Assembly: GCA_900234795.1 (NCBI GenBank)
Contig: LT962688.1
Location: forward strand, 1,170,001 to 1,202,000
Length of the DNA: 32,000 bases
From: Methylorubrum extorquens
GTDB lineage: Bacteria; Pseudomonadota; Alphaproteobacteria; Rhizobiales; Beijerinckiaceae
Direction: 5' to 3'
The stretch's first letter is position 1. Each line of letters starts with the position of its first letter. Of the stretch, positions 18,557 to 27,887 are shown one piece after another. The notes below the pieces were generated by a model. The model worked only from the letters and a program-made list of their open reading frames with translations. It ran no database searches and was not told the DNA's origin. The translations under genes and the position numbers were made by a program.

Positions 18557-19402
18557 CTACAGATCCTGGCGCGCCGGTTCACGGCGCGCCTTTTCCGTTT
18601 CTGCGGCCTCGCCTTCCTGCATCTGCGCCTGCCGCAAGGACGCGGCCATGGCCTGCAGGCCCGCCCGCGGATCCTCCGGCTGGATCACGCCCGCCGACAT
18701 CACGAGTTTGGCCGCGTCGTCCACGCTGATGCCGACCTCGACGATGTCCGTGCGCGGCAGGTAGAAGAAGAACCCCGTGGTCGGGTTCGGCGCGCAGGGC
18801 AGGAACACGCCGACATAATCCTTCGACTCGCCCCCCTCCTTCGCATGGAGCGCGCCCTGCACCTCGTTGGCCGCGGGTGCGGAGAGGAACACCACCGACC
18901 ACGTCCCCTTCACCGGAAACTCCACGAGTCCGACGGTGCGGAACGAGGTGCCGTTGGCCGAGAACAAAGTCTCGAAGATCTGGCGCAGGCCGCGGTAGAG
19001 CCCGGAGATGACGGGCGTGCGGGCCAGCAGCACCTCGCCGAACTCGACCACCGAGCGCCCAACCAGGTTGGCGGTGAGAAAGCCCAGCAGCGTCACCGCG
19101 ACGAAAGCGATGACGAGGCCGATTCCGGGGATCGAAAAGGGCAGGTAGTGGTCCGGCAGGTAGCTGACCGGCACCAGCGGCTTCACCCATCCGTCGATGA
19201 GGGCGATGAACCACCACGTGATGTAGATCGTGATCGCGAGCGGACCCGCGACGATCACGCCGGTGAGGAAGTAGGTCCGCAGCCGGCCCCGGGCGCTGAC
19301 GCGCGTCTTGGACGAGGCGGGTTCCGGAGCATCCGGAATCGGCGAGAGGGTCGGCGCCACGTATGCACCTCGAGAGACGGACGAGCGGACGGACGGATCC
19401 AT
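18557..19402 (-). CDS. DUF502 domain membrane protein
   Basis: The 281-aa protein contains [36 protein letters not shown] ... [34 protein letters not shown], the characteristic DUF502 layout. Confidence 0.8.
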
Positions 19403-19583
19403 CCCGGCCTCCGGCTCTCCGGGGCAGAGACGTAGCGGCTGCGCACGGGCGGCTCAAGAGCAACCGGTGCCGGAGGGCGGATTGAGTGGTGCGCGAGGCA
19501 ACTTGATCGGGGCCCGAGAAATCTTACCTCGGAACAGCCCGCTGTGGCCAAGGTTCAGCGATAAGTTTCAGGGAGAAGACCCG

Positions 19584-20018
19584 ATGCACGTCACCATCGA
19601 ACAGGCGGAAAAGGCGATTCAAGCGGCCCGCGCCAAGGCGGTCGAACTCGGCACCCAGATGTGCATCGCGATTGTCGATTCGGGCGGCAACCTCAAGGCC
19701 TTCCACCGCATGGACGGCGCCTGGGTCGGCTCGATCGACATCGCGCAGAAGAAGGCCAAGACCGCCGTCTTCTTCGGCATGAAGACCGGCCAAATCGGCG
19801 CCCTGTCGCAGCCCGGCGGCTCGCTCTACGGCATTGAGCACTCGAACCAGGGCCTCATCACCTTCCCCGGCGGCATCCCGATCGTCGATGCGGATGGCGA
19901 AATGTCGGGCGCGATCGGCGTCAGCGGCTCGTCGGTGGAGAACGATGACGCGGTAGCGCTCGCAGGCGCCAGCGCGATCGGCGACACCGAGCTGCCCGAC
20001 CACCCCTGGCGCACCTGA
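19584..20018 (+). CDS. GlcG/HbpS-like (DUF336) heme-binding-type protein
   Basis: 144 aa with ATG at 19584 after GGGAGAAG. The protein reads [36 protein letters not shown]...[30 protein letters not shown]. Confidence 0.8.
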
Positions 20019-20028
20019 TTCGTTGGCA

Positions 20029-20061
20029 GGCGCATCGATCCGAAGGCTGGATCGATGCGCC
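20029..20061. terminator. 13-bp perfect hairpin between convergent genes
   Basis: GGCGCATCGATCC-gaaggct-GGATCGATGCGCC lies between the stop at 20018 (+) and the glmS stop at 20079 (-). Neither side has a U tract. Confidence 0.5.
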
Positions 20062-20078
20062 GGCGGTATTCCCGCCGC

Positions 20079-21905
20079 TCACTCCACCGTGACGGACTTG
20101 GCCAGGTTGCGCGGCTGATCGACGTCTTTCCCCATGAAGACGGCGGTGTGGTAGGCGATGAGCTGGATCGGCACCGCGTAGACGATCGGCGCGATCACCG
20201 GGTCCACATCCGGCATGGTCAGCGTCGCCAGCGTGTCGAGCCCGGCGGCCGCCGCGCCCTTCGCGTCGCCGACGAGGATGATCTTACCGCCGCGGGCGGC
20301 AACCTCCTGCATGTTCGAGACAGTCTTCTCGAAGATGGCGTCGTGCGGTGCGATCACGATCACCGGCACACTCTCGTCGATCAGGGCGATCGGCCCGTGC
20401 TTGAGTTCGCCCGCCGCGTAGCCTTCCGCGTGGATGTAGCTGATTTCCTTCAGCTTCAGCGCACCTTCGAGCGCCATCGGGTAGCTCGTGCCGCGGCCGA
20501 GATAGAGCACGTCGCGGGCCTTCGCGATCTCGCGGGCGAGCCCCTCGACCTCGGCCTCCATCTTCACGGCCTCCGCCATCAGGCCGGGAGCTGTGATGAG
20601 CGCATCGACGACGGCGCGCTCGCGCTCCGCGCTCAGCGTGCCGCGGGCGCGCCCGGCGGCCAGCGCGAGGCAGAGCAGCACTGTAAGCTGGCAGGAGAAG
20701 GCTTTGGTCGAGGCGACCCCGATCTCGGGCCCGGCGAAGGTCGGCATCACCGCCGACGACTCCCGGGCAATGGTCGAGGTCGGCACGTTGACGACCGCCA
20801 GCGTGTGCTGGCCCTGTGCCTTGGCGTAGCGCAGCGAGGCGAGCGTGTCGGCGGTCTCGCCCGATTGCGAGATCACGAGCGTCAACCCGTCCCGCTCCAG
20901 CGGCGGCTCGCGGTAGCGGGTCTCGGAGGCGACGTCGATCTCGACCGGCAGCCGCGCCAAAGTCTCGAACCAGTATTTGGCGACGAGGCCGGCATAGTAC
21001 GCGGTGCCGCAGGCGGTGATCGAGAGGCGCGAGAGCCGGGCGAAATCGAAGGGCAGTTCCTCCTGCAGAACAACCTGACCGCGCGCCATATCGATGTAGT
21101 GGGCCAGCGTGCGGCCGACGACCTCCGGCTGCTCGTGGATTTCCTTCGCCATGAAGTGGCGGTGGTTGCCCTTGTCGACGAGAAAAGCCTGCGTCGCGAT
21201 TTTTTGGCGCGGCCGGCGAACCACAGCACCGGCGATGTCGCGGATTTCGGCGCCGTCGCGGGTCAGGATCGCCCAATCGCCCTCTTCGAGATAGGTGATC
21301 TCATCGGTGAAGGGCGCGAGCGCCAGCGCGTCCGAGCCGAGAAAGGTCTCGCCCTGTCCGAAACCGATGGCGAGCGGCGCGCCGTGGCGGGCGCCGATCA
21401 GGAAACCGTCCTCGCCCGCAAACAAGAAGGCCAGGGCGAAGGCGCCGTGCAGGCGCGGAAGCGCCGCCTCGACCGCGGCCACGGGCCCGAGCCCCTGCCC
21501 CATCAGGTGGCTGACGAGCTGCGCCACGACCTCGGTATCGGTCTCGCTCTCGAAGCGCGCGCCCGCTGCTTCGAGTTCGCTCTTCAACTCGCGGAAATTC
21601 TCGATGATGCCGTTATGGACCACCGCCAGCCGCTCGGTGGCATGGGGGTGGGCATTGGTCTCGTTGGGGCGTCCGTGCGTGGCCCAGCGGGTATGGCCGA
21701 TGCCGATCGCGCCCGGAAGCGGCGACTGGACCAGCTTGAGCTGAAGGTTCGAGAGCTTGCCCTCGGCCCGGCGGCGGTCGAGCCGTCCGTGCTCCAGGGT
21801 GGCGACACCCGCCGAATCGTAGCCGCGATATTCGAGCCGCCGCAGCGCCTCGACCAACGCGTCCGCGACCGACTCACGCCCGACGATGCCGACGATTCCG
21901 CACAT
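20079..21905 (-). CDS. glmS: Glutamine--fructose-6-phosphate aminotransferase (isomerising)
   Basis: 608 aa. It starts MCGIVGIVG (N-terminal nucleophile Cys2), has two SIS domains, and ends ...KDVDQPRNLAKSVTVE. Confidence 0.97.
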   Translation of the reverse strand: MCGIVGIVGRESVADALVEALRRLEYRGYDSAGVATLEHGRLDRRRAEGKLSNLQLKLVQSPLPGAIGIGHTRWATHGRPNETNAHPHATERLAVVHNGIIENFRELKSELEAAGARFESETDTEVVAQLVSHLMGQGLGPVAAVEAALPRLHGAFALAFLFAGEDGFLIGARHGAPLAIGFGQGETFLGSDALALAPFTDEITYLEEGDWAILTRDGAEIRDIAGAVVRRPRQKIATQAFLVDKGNHRHFMAKEIHEQPEVVGRTLAHYIDMARGQVVLQEELPFDFARLSRLSITACGTAYYAGLVAKYWFETLARLPVEIDVASETRYREPPLERDGLTLVISQSGETADTLASLRYAKAQGQHTLAVVNVPTSTIARESSAVMPTFAGPEIGVASTKAFSCQLTVLLCLALAAGRARGTLSAERERAVVDALITAPGLMAEAVKMEAEVEGLAREIAKARDVLYLGRGTSYPMALEGALKLKEISYIHAEGYAAGELKHGPIALIDESVPVIVIAPHDAIFEKTVSNMQEVAARGGKIILVGDAKGAAAAGLDTLATLTMPDVDPVIAPIVYAVPIQLIAYHTAVFMGKDVDQPRNLAKSVTVE

Positions 21906-22090
21906 GGCCGATCCTGAAGCCGTTGATCAGAGGCGCCGTTCCATCCCGTGATGGGATGTCCGCCCGAGGCGAGGCTTCCTGCGGTGCAAGGGGAGCCCGA
22001 CCTTGAGCTTGGCGCGGATGGAAGGGCTTGTACGGATCGCGGCGTGAGAAGGCTAGCACCCAGCCGCCGCAAGCCTTTCGGCTCGGCCGC

Positions 22091-23476
22091 TCAGCTCTTC
22101 TTCGCCTCGCGGGCCGCCTTGGCGGCCTTTAGGGTCTGGCGCAGGGTCTTAGCTGCCCCTTCGCGGGTGACCTGCCGCCCCCGCGCGACGGCGAGCGCAT
22201 CTGCCGGCACGTCCCGGGTGATGACCGAACCGGCCCCGACCAGCGCACCCGCGCCGACGCTGACCGGCGCCACCAGCGCCGAGTTCGAGCCGATGAAGGC
22301 GCCCTCGCCGATGAACGTGCGGTGTTTCGACACGCCATCGTAGTTGCAGGTGATGGTGCCTGCGCCGATATTGGCGCCCGCTCCGACCTCGGCGTCACCG
22401 AGATAGGTCAGATGCGAGGCCTTGGCACCCGCATGCAGGGTCGCGTTCTTGATCTCGACGAAGTTGCCGAGATGGACGCCCGCCTCCAGCACAGCACCGC
22501 CGCGCAAGCGCACATGTGGGCCGATATCGGCGCCCTCCATCAGCCGGGCGTCGTGCAGGTGCGAGAAGGCGCGGATGGTGCAGCCGTCGCCGATGACGAC
22601 GCCGGGGCCGAACACGCAGTGCGGCTCGACGACGACGTCGCGGCCAAGGATCGTATCAACGCTGAGAAACACCGTTTCGGGCGCGATCAGCGTCGCCCCG
22701 CCGAGCTGAGCCGCCCGGCGCAGGCGTGCCTGAATCGTCGCCTCGGCCTGGCTGAGCTGCACCCGGTCGTTGACACCCTGTGCCTCCGCCTCGGCCACGG
22801 GCACCACGGCAACGGAGAGCCCGTCGGCAGCGGCGAGCGCCACCGCGTCGGTGAGGTAGTACTCGCGGTTAGCGTTGTCGTTGCCGATCCGCTCCAGCAG
22901 CGACAAGGCGTGCGCACCCGACAGCGCCATCAGCCCGGCATTGGACAGGCGCACCGCCCGCTCCTCCTGTGAGGCGTCCTTCTCCTCGCGGATTGCCAGG
23001 ACGTGGCCCCCTTCCGTCAGCACGCGCCCGTAACCGGTCGGGTCGGCGGCCTCGAAGGCCAGCACCGCCACCGCCGCGCCCCCACGCAGGGGGGCACGCA
23101 GCCGGGCAAACGTCTCGGCCGTGACGAGCGGCGTGTCGCCGAAGGCCACGAGCACGTCCTGCCCCCCCTCTAGCGCCGCGCGGGCGGCGAGCACCGCGTG
23201 GGCCGTGCCGAGCCGCTCGGCCTGCGGATGGACGCTGGCGCCGGGCGCAAGCCGCTCGATCTCGCGGACGATGTCCTCGCGGTCCGGCTCGACCACCACA
23301 GCGAGGCGGGAAGCGCCCGCCTCCTGCACCGCGGCGAGCACGTGGCCGAGCATCGAGCGGTTGGCGAGCGCGTGAAGCACTTTGGGCCGGTCGGAGCGCA
23401 TCCGTACGCCCTTGCCAGCCGCCAGCACGATCGCGGTGAAGCCGCTCTCCGCCCCGTGGTTCGCGCCTGCCGTCAT
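22091..23476 (-). CDS. glmU: Bifunctional UDP-N-acetylglucosamine pyrophosphorylase / glucosamine-1-phosphate N-acetyltransferase
   Basis: 461 aa. The N-terminus has LAAGKGVRMRSDRPKVLH, and the C-terminal half has left-handed beta-helix hexapeptide repeats. Confidence 0.95.
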   Translation of the reverse strand: MTAGANHGAESGFTAIVLAAGKGVRMRSDRPKVLHALANRSMLGHVLAAVQEAGASRLAVVVEPDREDIVREIERLAPGASVHPQAERLGTAHAVLAARAALEGGQDVLVAFGDTPLVTAETFARLRAPLRGGAAVAVLAFEAADPTGYGRVLTEGGHVLAIREEKDASQEERAVRLSNAGLMALSGAHALSLLERIGNDNANREYYLTDAVALAAADGLSVAVVPVAEAEAQGVNDRVQLSQAEATIQARLRRAAQLGGATLIAPETVFLSVDTILGRDVVVEPHCVFGPGVVIGDGCTIRAFSHLHDARLMEGADIGPHVRLRGGAVLEAGVHLGNFVEIKNATLHAGAKASHLTYLGDAEVGAGANIGAGTITCNYDGVSKHRTFIGEGAFIGSNSALVAPVSVGAGALVGAGSVITRDVPADALAVARGRQVTREGAAKTLRQTLKAAKAAREAKKS

Positions 23477-23693
23477 CGAAATCCGCTTCCTGCCGTCTGG
23501 GAGTGCTTCACGAAACGAGCGGTCACCCGATCGCCCTCCCCTGCTAGCCGCGACGGGGCAAGCAGAAGCGCAGTGAAAGACACTGAATCTAGGGCCCGTT
23601 TAGCCGATCGGACGGCAGGCGCGAAGAGCACACGGAAGGGCGCCGGTATAGCGGGGCAAGCGGCGCGAGGTTGAGTCCGCACCTGAGGGAGCC

Positions 23694-23873
23694 TCACCAC
23701 GGCAGGCAGCGGATCTGAAGCAGATCCTCCGCGCTCACCCGGATACCGAACGCCAGAACGCGCCAAGCCGGCATCGTCGCGAGGCCGAGGCCGGCGGCGA
23801 GGACGAGCCAGGGCCAAGCCCGCAGTAGAGTCTTCGTGTCCCGGCGCAGGCCGCCCTCTCCCGCCCCCCTCAT
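23694..23873 (-). CDS. Possible 59-aa membrane peptide coupled to the DUF2243 gene
   Basis: The ATG at 23871-23873 overlaps the DUF2243 stop (ATGA on the coding strand). GC3 is high, and there is one hydrophobic helix, AWPWLVLAAGLGLATMPAW. No homology is recognised. Confidence 0.35.
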   Translation of the reverse strand: MRGAGEGGLRRDTKTLLRAWPWLVLAAGLGLATMPAWRVLAFGIRVSAEDLLQIRCLPW

Positions 23874-24412
23874 CGCCGCAGCGCGGCGGGAGCCGCCCCG
23901 GCCTGCCGGCGCCCCGTCCGCAGCAGCCAGAGGCCGCCCAGCAGCATGGCGAGGCCCCAGGCGAGGAAGCCGAGATCCCAGGCCAGCCAATGTGCCCGGT
24001 CCACCTGCTCGTTGACGTGGTGCACGCCGAGCCACTGGTGGTCGATCAACCCTTCGACGAGATTGAACAGCCCCCAGCCGACGAGAAGGCTGCCGGCGAG
24101 CGCCCGGTTCGACCAGCTGAGATGCCGCCCCCGCGCCCGGCGCCACAGGATGAACAGCCCGACCACGACGAAGACGTAGGTCGCGCTGTGGAAAATCCCG
24201 TCCCACAGCGTGTTGAGTTCGAGGTTTTCGATCGAGATGATCGGGTACCAGGAACTCAGCATGTGGTGCCATTGCAGCACCTGATGCAGCACGATGCCGT
24301 CGAAGAAGCCGCCGAGGCCGAGCCCGAACAGCACGCCCGCCGCGACCGGGAAGTCGGCCCCCTCCGTCGGCGCGGGAGCGCTCGCTTGATCGCGCATGGC
24401 CGCCGGCCTCAC
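23870..24412 (-). CDS. DUF2243 family membrane protein
   Basis: The motif GGFFDGIVLHQVLQWHHML and four hydrophobic helices are present. The start is either GTG 24410-24412, which overlaps the MBL stop (GTGA), or ATG 24395-24397. Confidence 0.75.
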   Translation of the reverse strand: MRPAAMRDQASAPAPTEGADFPVAAGVLFGLGLGGFFDGIVLHQVLQWHHMLSSWYPIISIENLELNTLWDGIFHSATYVFVVVGLFILWRRARGRHLSWSNRALAGSLLVGWGLFNLVEGLIDHQWLGVHHVNEQVDRAHWLAWDLGFLAWGLAMLLGGLWLLRTGRRQAGAAPAALRR

Positions 24413-25308
24413 GGTGAACGGTAGGCGGAGCCGTCCTCGGCCCGCGCCGGGGTCTCGACGTAGCGGCCCTGGTCCGGCACGGCGACGCGCTCGAAATCTT
24501 GCGCCAGCGCATCGAGGCCGCGGCGCAGCTCCGGCCCGTGGAGGGCGCGTCCGTGGCCCGTCACCGCTCGTTCGGGCTTGAGCGCCGCGAGGCTGCGCAC
24601 CGAGCTGCCCGCGGCCGGCCAGTCGATGGTCAGATACATCGGCGGGCCGTGCACCTCCGGCTCCTGGGTGGCCACGGCATAGGCTGATTCCTGGGCGGTG
24701 GTGACGAAGGCGTCACCCACGATCAGGCTGCCATCGGCCTCGCGCCAGAACGAAACGTGGCCCGGCGCGTGGCCCGGCGTATGGAGCCAGCGCCAGCCCG
24801 GCATCGGCGGCACGCTGCCGTCGGCGGGCAGCATTTGCAGGCGCGACGACACGTTCACGGGCTTGGTGGGGTAGAGCGGCGCGATGCGCGCCATCAGACC
24901 GCCACCGACGCTCGGATCCGGCGTCGGGTAGGCGGCGCTGCCGTCGAGATAGGGGCGTTCGAGCCCATGGGCGTAGACCGGGGTGTCCCACTCTTCCGCC
25001 AGATCCTCCAGCACGCCGACATGGTCGAAATGGCCGTGGGTCAGCACGATGGCCGCCGGGCGCGCACCCTCGCCGAAGCGGGCGGCGGCGGCGCTGCGGA
25101 TCGCGGCCTTCGAACCCCGAATGCCGGCATCGACGAGGACCCAATTGCGGTCACCCGCGCCGGGGGAGCCGACGAACACGACGTTGGCCAGCACGAGGCG
25201 GCGATAGGCGAGATCGGGCGCGATCTCGTGGGTGCCGTCGTCGCGCTCGGCATCGGCCCGCGGATCGTCGGCGCGGGCCTCGCGGCTGATCGGGATCTGC
25301 TGCGCCAT
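24409..25308 (-). CDS. MBL-fold metallo-hydrolase
   Basis: The metal motif is LTHGHFDHVG (HxHxDH) and a later HTPGHAPGH is present. I chose ATG 25306-25308, which is preceded by AGGAGAAGG. The 46 upstream codons of the track ORF are dropped. Confidence 0.85.
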   Translation of the reverse strand: MAQQIPISREARADDPRADAERDDGTHEIAPDLAYRRLVLANVVFVGSPGAGDRNWVLVDAGIRGSKAAIRSAAAARFGEGARPAAIVLTHGHFDHVGVLEDLAEEWDTPVYAHGLERPYLDGSAAYPTPDPSVGGGLMARIAPLYPTKPVNVSSRLQMLPADGSVPPMPGWRWLHTPGHAPGHVSFWREADGSLIVGDAFVTTAQESAYAVATQEPEVHGPPMYLTIDWPAAGSSVRSLAALKPERAVTGHGRALHGPELRRGLDALAQDFERVAVPDQGRYVETPARAEDGSAYRSP

Positions 25309-25638
25309 GGCCTTCTCCTGTGCGAGGTTAAGACGGGAGCCGGCGAGCGTTCCGGCTGTGCGGGAAGGGGCGTCACGGGAAGGCTGGCGCGAAAGCTTTG
25401 TTCCCGCCCCGCGACAGGACAGAAACGACGACCGCGGAGCATTCATTCGGAAACCGAGCGCGCGCGCTCCGGTTGGAAGTCTATTCGTCGCCAGGGCGAC
25501 CCGGCCTTTGCGATCTCAGGGCCCGTCACCGTGCCGTTGCTGTCCCGTGCCGCCGTCTCGATGCCTCTGTCACGCGGCTGCCGAGCGGCGGCTTCATGAT
25601 CGGCCTTCCGCAAAACCCTCGATTCCGGACCCGCTGCC

Positions 25639-26379
25639 GTGAGTGATCCCACCTACCCGCCCCTCGACAGGCTCAAGCCCGTGGCCTTCGGTCTCTGGAT
25701 CGTGGACAGCGGCCCGATCCACGCCGCCGGCCTGCCGCTGCCCGTGCGCATGACCGTCGTGCGGCTTGCCGACGGCGGCGTCTGGCTGCACTCGCCGACC
25801 CGCTACGATGCGCGCTTGCACCGCGAGATCGAGGCGCTCGGGCCGATCCGCCACCTCGTCGCGCCCAATGTCGGGCACTGGGCCTATCTGAAGGAATGGC
25901 AGCGGCATTGCCCGCAAGCCCTGACCTGGGCCGCCCCGAACCTGCGCGAGCGCCGGCAGGTCCGTCAGGCGGGCGTGCGGCTCGACCGGGATCTCGGCGA
26001 CGCGGCTCCGCCCGAATGGGCCGACGACCTGTTGCAAATCGTGGTGCCCGGCGGCTTCGGCTTTCGCGAAGTCGCCTTCTTCCACGCTGCCTCGGCGACG
26101 CTGATCCTGACCGACCTCGTGCTGAACCTGGAACCGGAGAAGCTCCCGCCCCTGTTGCGCCCGCTCCTGCGGATCGCCGGGGCGACCGCGCCCGACGGGC
26201 GGGCGCCGATCTACCTCAGGCTGGTGGTGCGGCTGCGCAAGCGCGACGCCGCCCGTGCCGCAGCGCAGCTCGTCGCCCTGTCGCCGGAGCGGGTGGTGTT
26301 CAGCCACGGCGCTTGGTTCGACCGGAACGGCACAGCCGAACTGCGCCGCTCCCTCCGCTGGTTGCTCGACCAAGGCTAA
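25639..26379 (+). CDS. DUF4336 domain protein (MBL-like fold)
   Basis: 246 aa reading LWIVDSGP..LPVRMTVVRLADGGVWLHSPT...IRHLVAPNVGHWAYLKEWQ...FFHAASATLILTDLVLN. The GTG start at 25639 is uncertain. Confidence 0.7.
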   Translation: MSDPTYPPLDRLKPVAFGLWIVDSGPIHAAGLPLPVRMTVVRLADGGVWLHSPTRYDARLHREIEALGPIRHLVAPNVGHWAYLKEWQRHCPQALTWAAPNLRERRQVRQAGVRLDRDLGDAAPPEWADDLLQIVVPGGFGFREVAFFHAASATLILTDLVLNLEPEKLPPLLRPLLRIAGATAPDGRAPIYLRLVVRLRKRDAARAAAQLVALSPERVVFSHGAWFDRNGTAELRRSLRWLLDQG

Positions 26380-26402
26380 TCGAGCGCTTCTCTGCCGATC
26401 GC

Positions 26403-26601
26403 TCAGGCGTTCGTGCGCCCGCGGTGATCGGGATCGACTCCGCCCTCCGGCGTGGTCTCGTTCTCGACATCACCCTCGAAGGTGGAATCTCCCCTCGATC
26501 GCCTCCGGGTCGGTTCCGGTCAGCCCCTTCGACTGCCCGATGCCCGGATTGCCCTTCAGGTCGGCATCGCTCGGCGTATCCGTCTTCAGATGCTTCGACA
26601 T
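26403..26601 (-). pseudogene. Small acidic protein (about 65 aa), frame broken in the C4 run 26491-26494
   Basis: MSKHLKTDTPSDADLKGNPGIGQSKGLTGTDPEAIEG continues sensibly only in the next frame (DSTFEGDVENETTPEGGVDPDHRGRTNA, stop at 26403-26405). The span is 199 nt (3n+1). Confidence 0.55.
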
Positions 26602-26750
26602 GCGAACGTCGTCTCCCGGTGTCTCGGTTTGAGTCCGGGCAACCGGGGTTCTCGGAGGGTGTTCCAGGCGCATCCTGTCTCACCCGCGCAAGCGAAGCCG
26701 GGCTCGTCCACGGGAATCCTTCGTTCTCGAGCGCTCGTGAGGATCGCAGC

Positions 26751-27646
26751 TCACGGCGCCTGCGGCGTCGTGTCCTCCCGCTGCGCCCGGCGCAGGACGT
26801 CGAGCAACGCGCCCTCGATGAGCAGGGCGGAGCCGTAATGGAACTCGATGTCGAAGGCATGCCGGGAGTTCATGGAGAGCGAGGCGCTCTGCATCGCGAC
26901 GAGCCGCCCCGCCTCGTCGAACAGGCCCGAGCCGGAGCCGCCGTAGCCGTCGTTGCAATCGTGGCGGGCCCGCCGGATGCCGCCTTCCGTCGGCGGGTCG
27001 ATCCGGCGCACGGTGCAGGTCTCCAGGCTGCTGTCGCCCCGGTAGTTCTGGTGGCCGCCGGGGGCGACCAGGGTCACGGCGAGAGACAGGTCGCCGGTGG
27101 AGAGGGCGGGGGGGGCGCATCGGGCACCGGCTGGCGCGGCGCCTCGGCCGGTCGCACGAGGCGCAGCAGCGCCCAATCGTCGGTGATGTGGAGGCGCGTC
27201 GCGTCCGCGGCGACGCCGAGATGCAGGCTCTCGGCGACGAAATCGTAGTTGCGGCCGCCGATCTGGAAGTAGCAGTCGCCGACGGCCCGCGTCGTTTCGA
27301 GCTGCCGGTTGCGGAAGTTGTGCGCGTTCAGCATCACGAGCGACGGCGTGCCGATCAGCCACGCGGCGGCCGCCTTCTGCGGCACCCCGTCCGAACGGCG
27401 GCACCAGAGGACGCCCGCGCCGGGATAGCGGGCGCGGTCGCTGCTCGTCAGGTCGCGGCGCCCGTCCTGGGGATAGAGCGCCGCCGTTTCGGTGATGTCC
27501 CGTGCGCGCTCTCGGGTCGGGGCTGGGGAAACGGGCAGCGGGTGCGGCGCATCGTCTCCGAGTGCGGTACCGCCCCCGGCCCAAACCACGAGGGCGAGGA
27601 GCCCGCACACCGCCAGCCTCCCCTGCGCGCGCTGCCCCTGCGCCAT
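26751..27646 (-). pseudogene. mxaW: Secreted trypsin-like (S1, Trypsin_2-type) serine peptidase at the mxaW position, frame broken at G8 tract 27108-27115
   Basis: ATG at 27644-27646 follows GGGAGG. A signal-like N-terminus is present (MAQGQRAQGRLAVCGLLALVVWAGGGTALG). The His motif LIGTPSLVMLNAHNF and the Asp motif DDWALLRL are in frame A, and the Ser motif GYGGSGSGLFDEAGRLVAMQS is in frame B. The span is 896 nt (3n+2). The gene symbol is assigned only from position, divergent from mxaF as published for M. extorquens AM1. Confidence 0.7.
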
Positions 27647-27812
27647 GGCCGACAAGCCTCCCGCTTGGTCGGGCCGCTTCGCGAGGGCCCGTTGACGACA
27701 ACGGTGCGATGGGTCCCGGCCCCGGTCAAGACGATGCCAATACGTTGCGACACTACGCCTTGGCACTTTTAGAATTGCCTTATCGTCCTGATAAGAAATG
27801 TCCGACCAGCTA

Positions 27813-27842
27813 AAGACATCGCGTCCAATCAAAGCCTAGAAA
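27813..27842 (+). promoter_or_regulatory. mxaF promoter (-35 AAGACA, -10 TAGAAA)
   Basis: AAGACA (27813-27818), an 18-nt spacer, then TAGAAA (27837-27842). This would put the transcription start about 170 nt upstream of the mxaF ATG. That matches my recollection of the mapped AM1 mxaF start and hexamers. Confidence 0.6.
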
Positions 27843-27887
27843 ATATAGGCGAAGGGACGCTAATAAGTCTTTCATAAGACCGCGCAA

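Noticed and set aside
21906-22090. Possible glmS ribozyme/riboswitch or other leader element upstream of glmS.
   Set aside because: The glmS ribozyme is a feature of Gram-positive bacteria, and I see none of its conserved core. Only a short 6-bp hairpin (CATCCC-gtgat-GGGATG) is present, which is insufficient to call anything.
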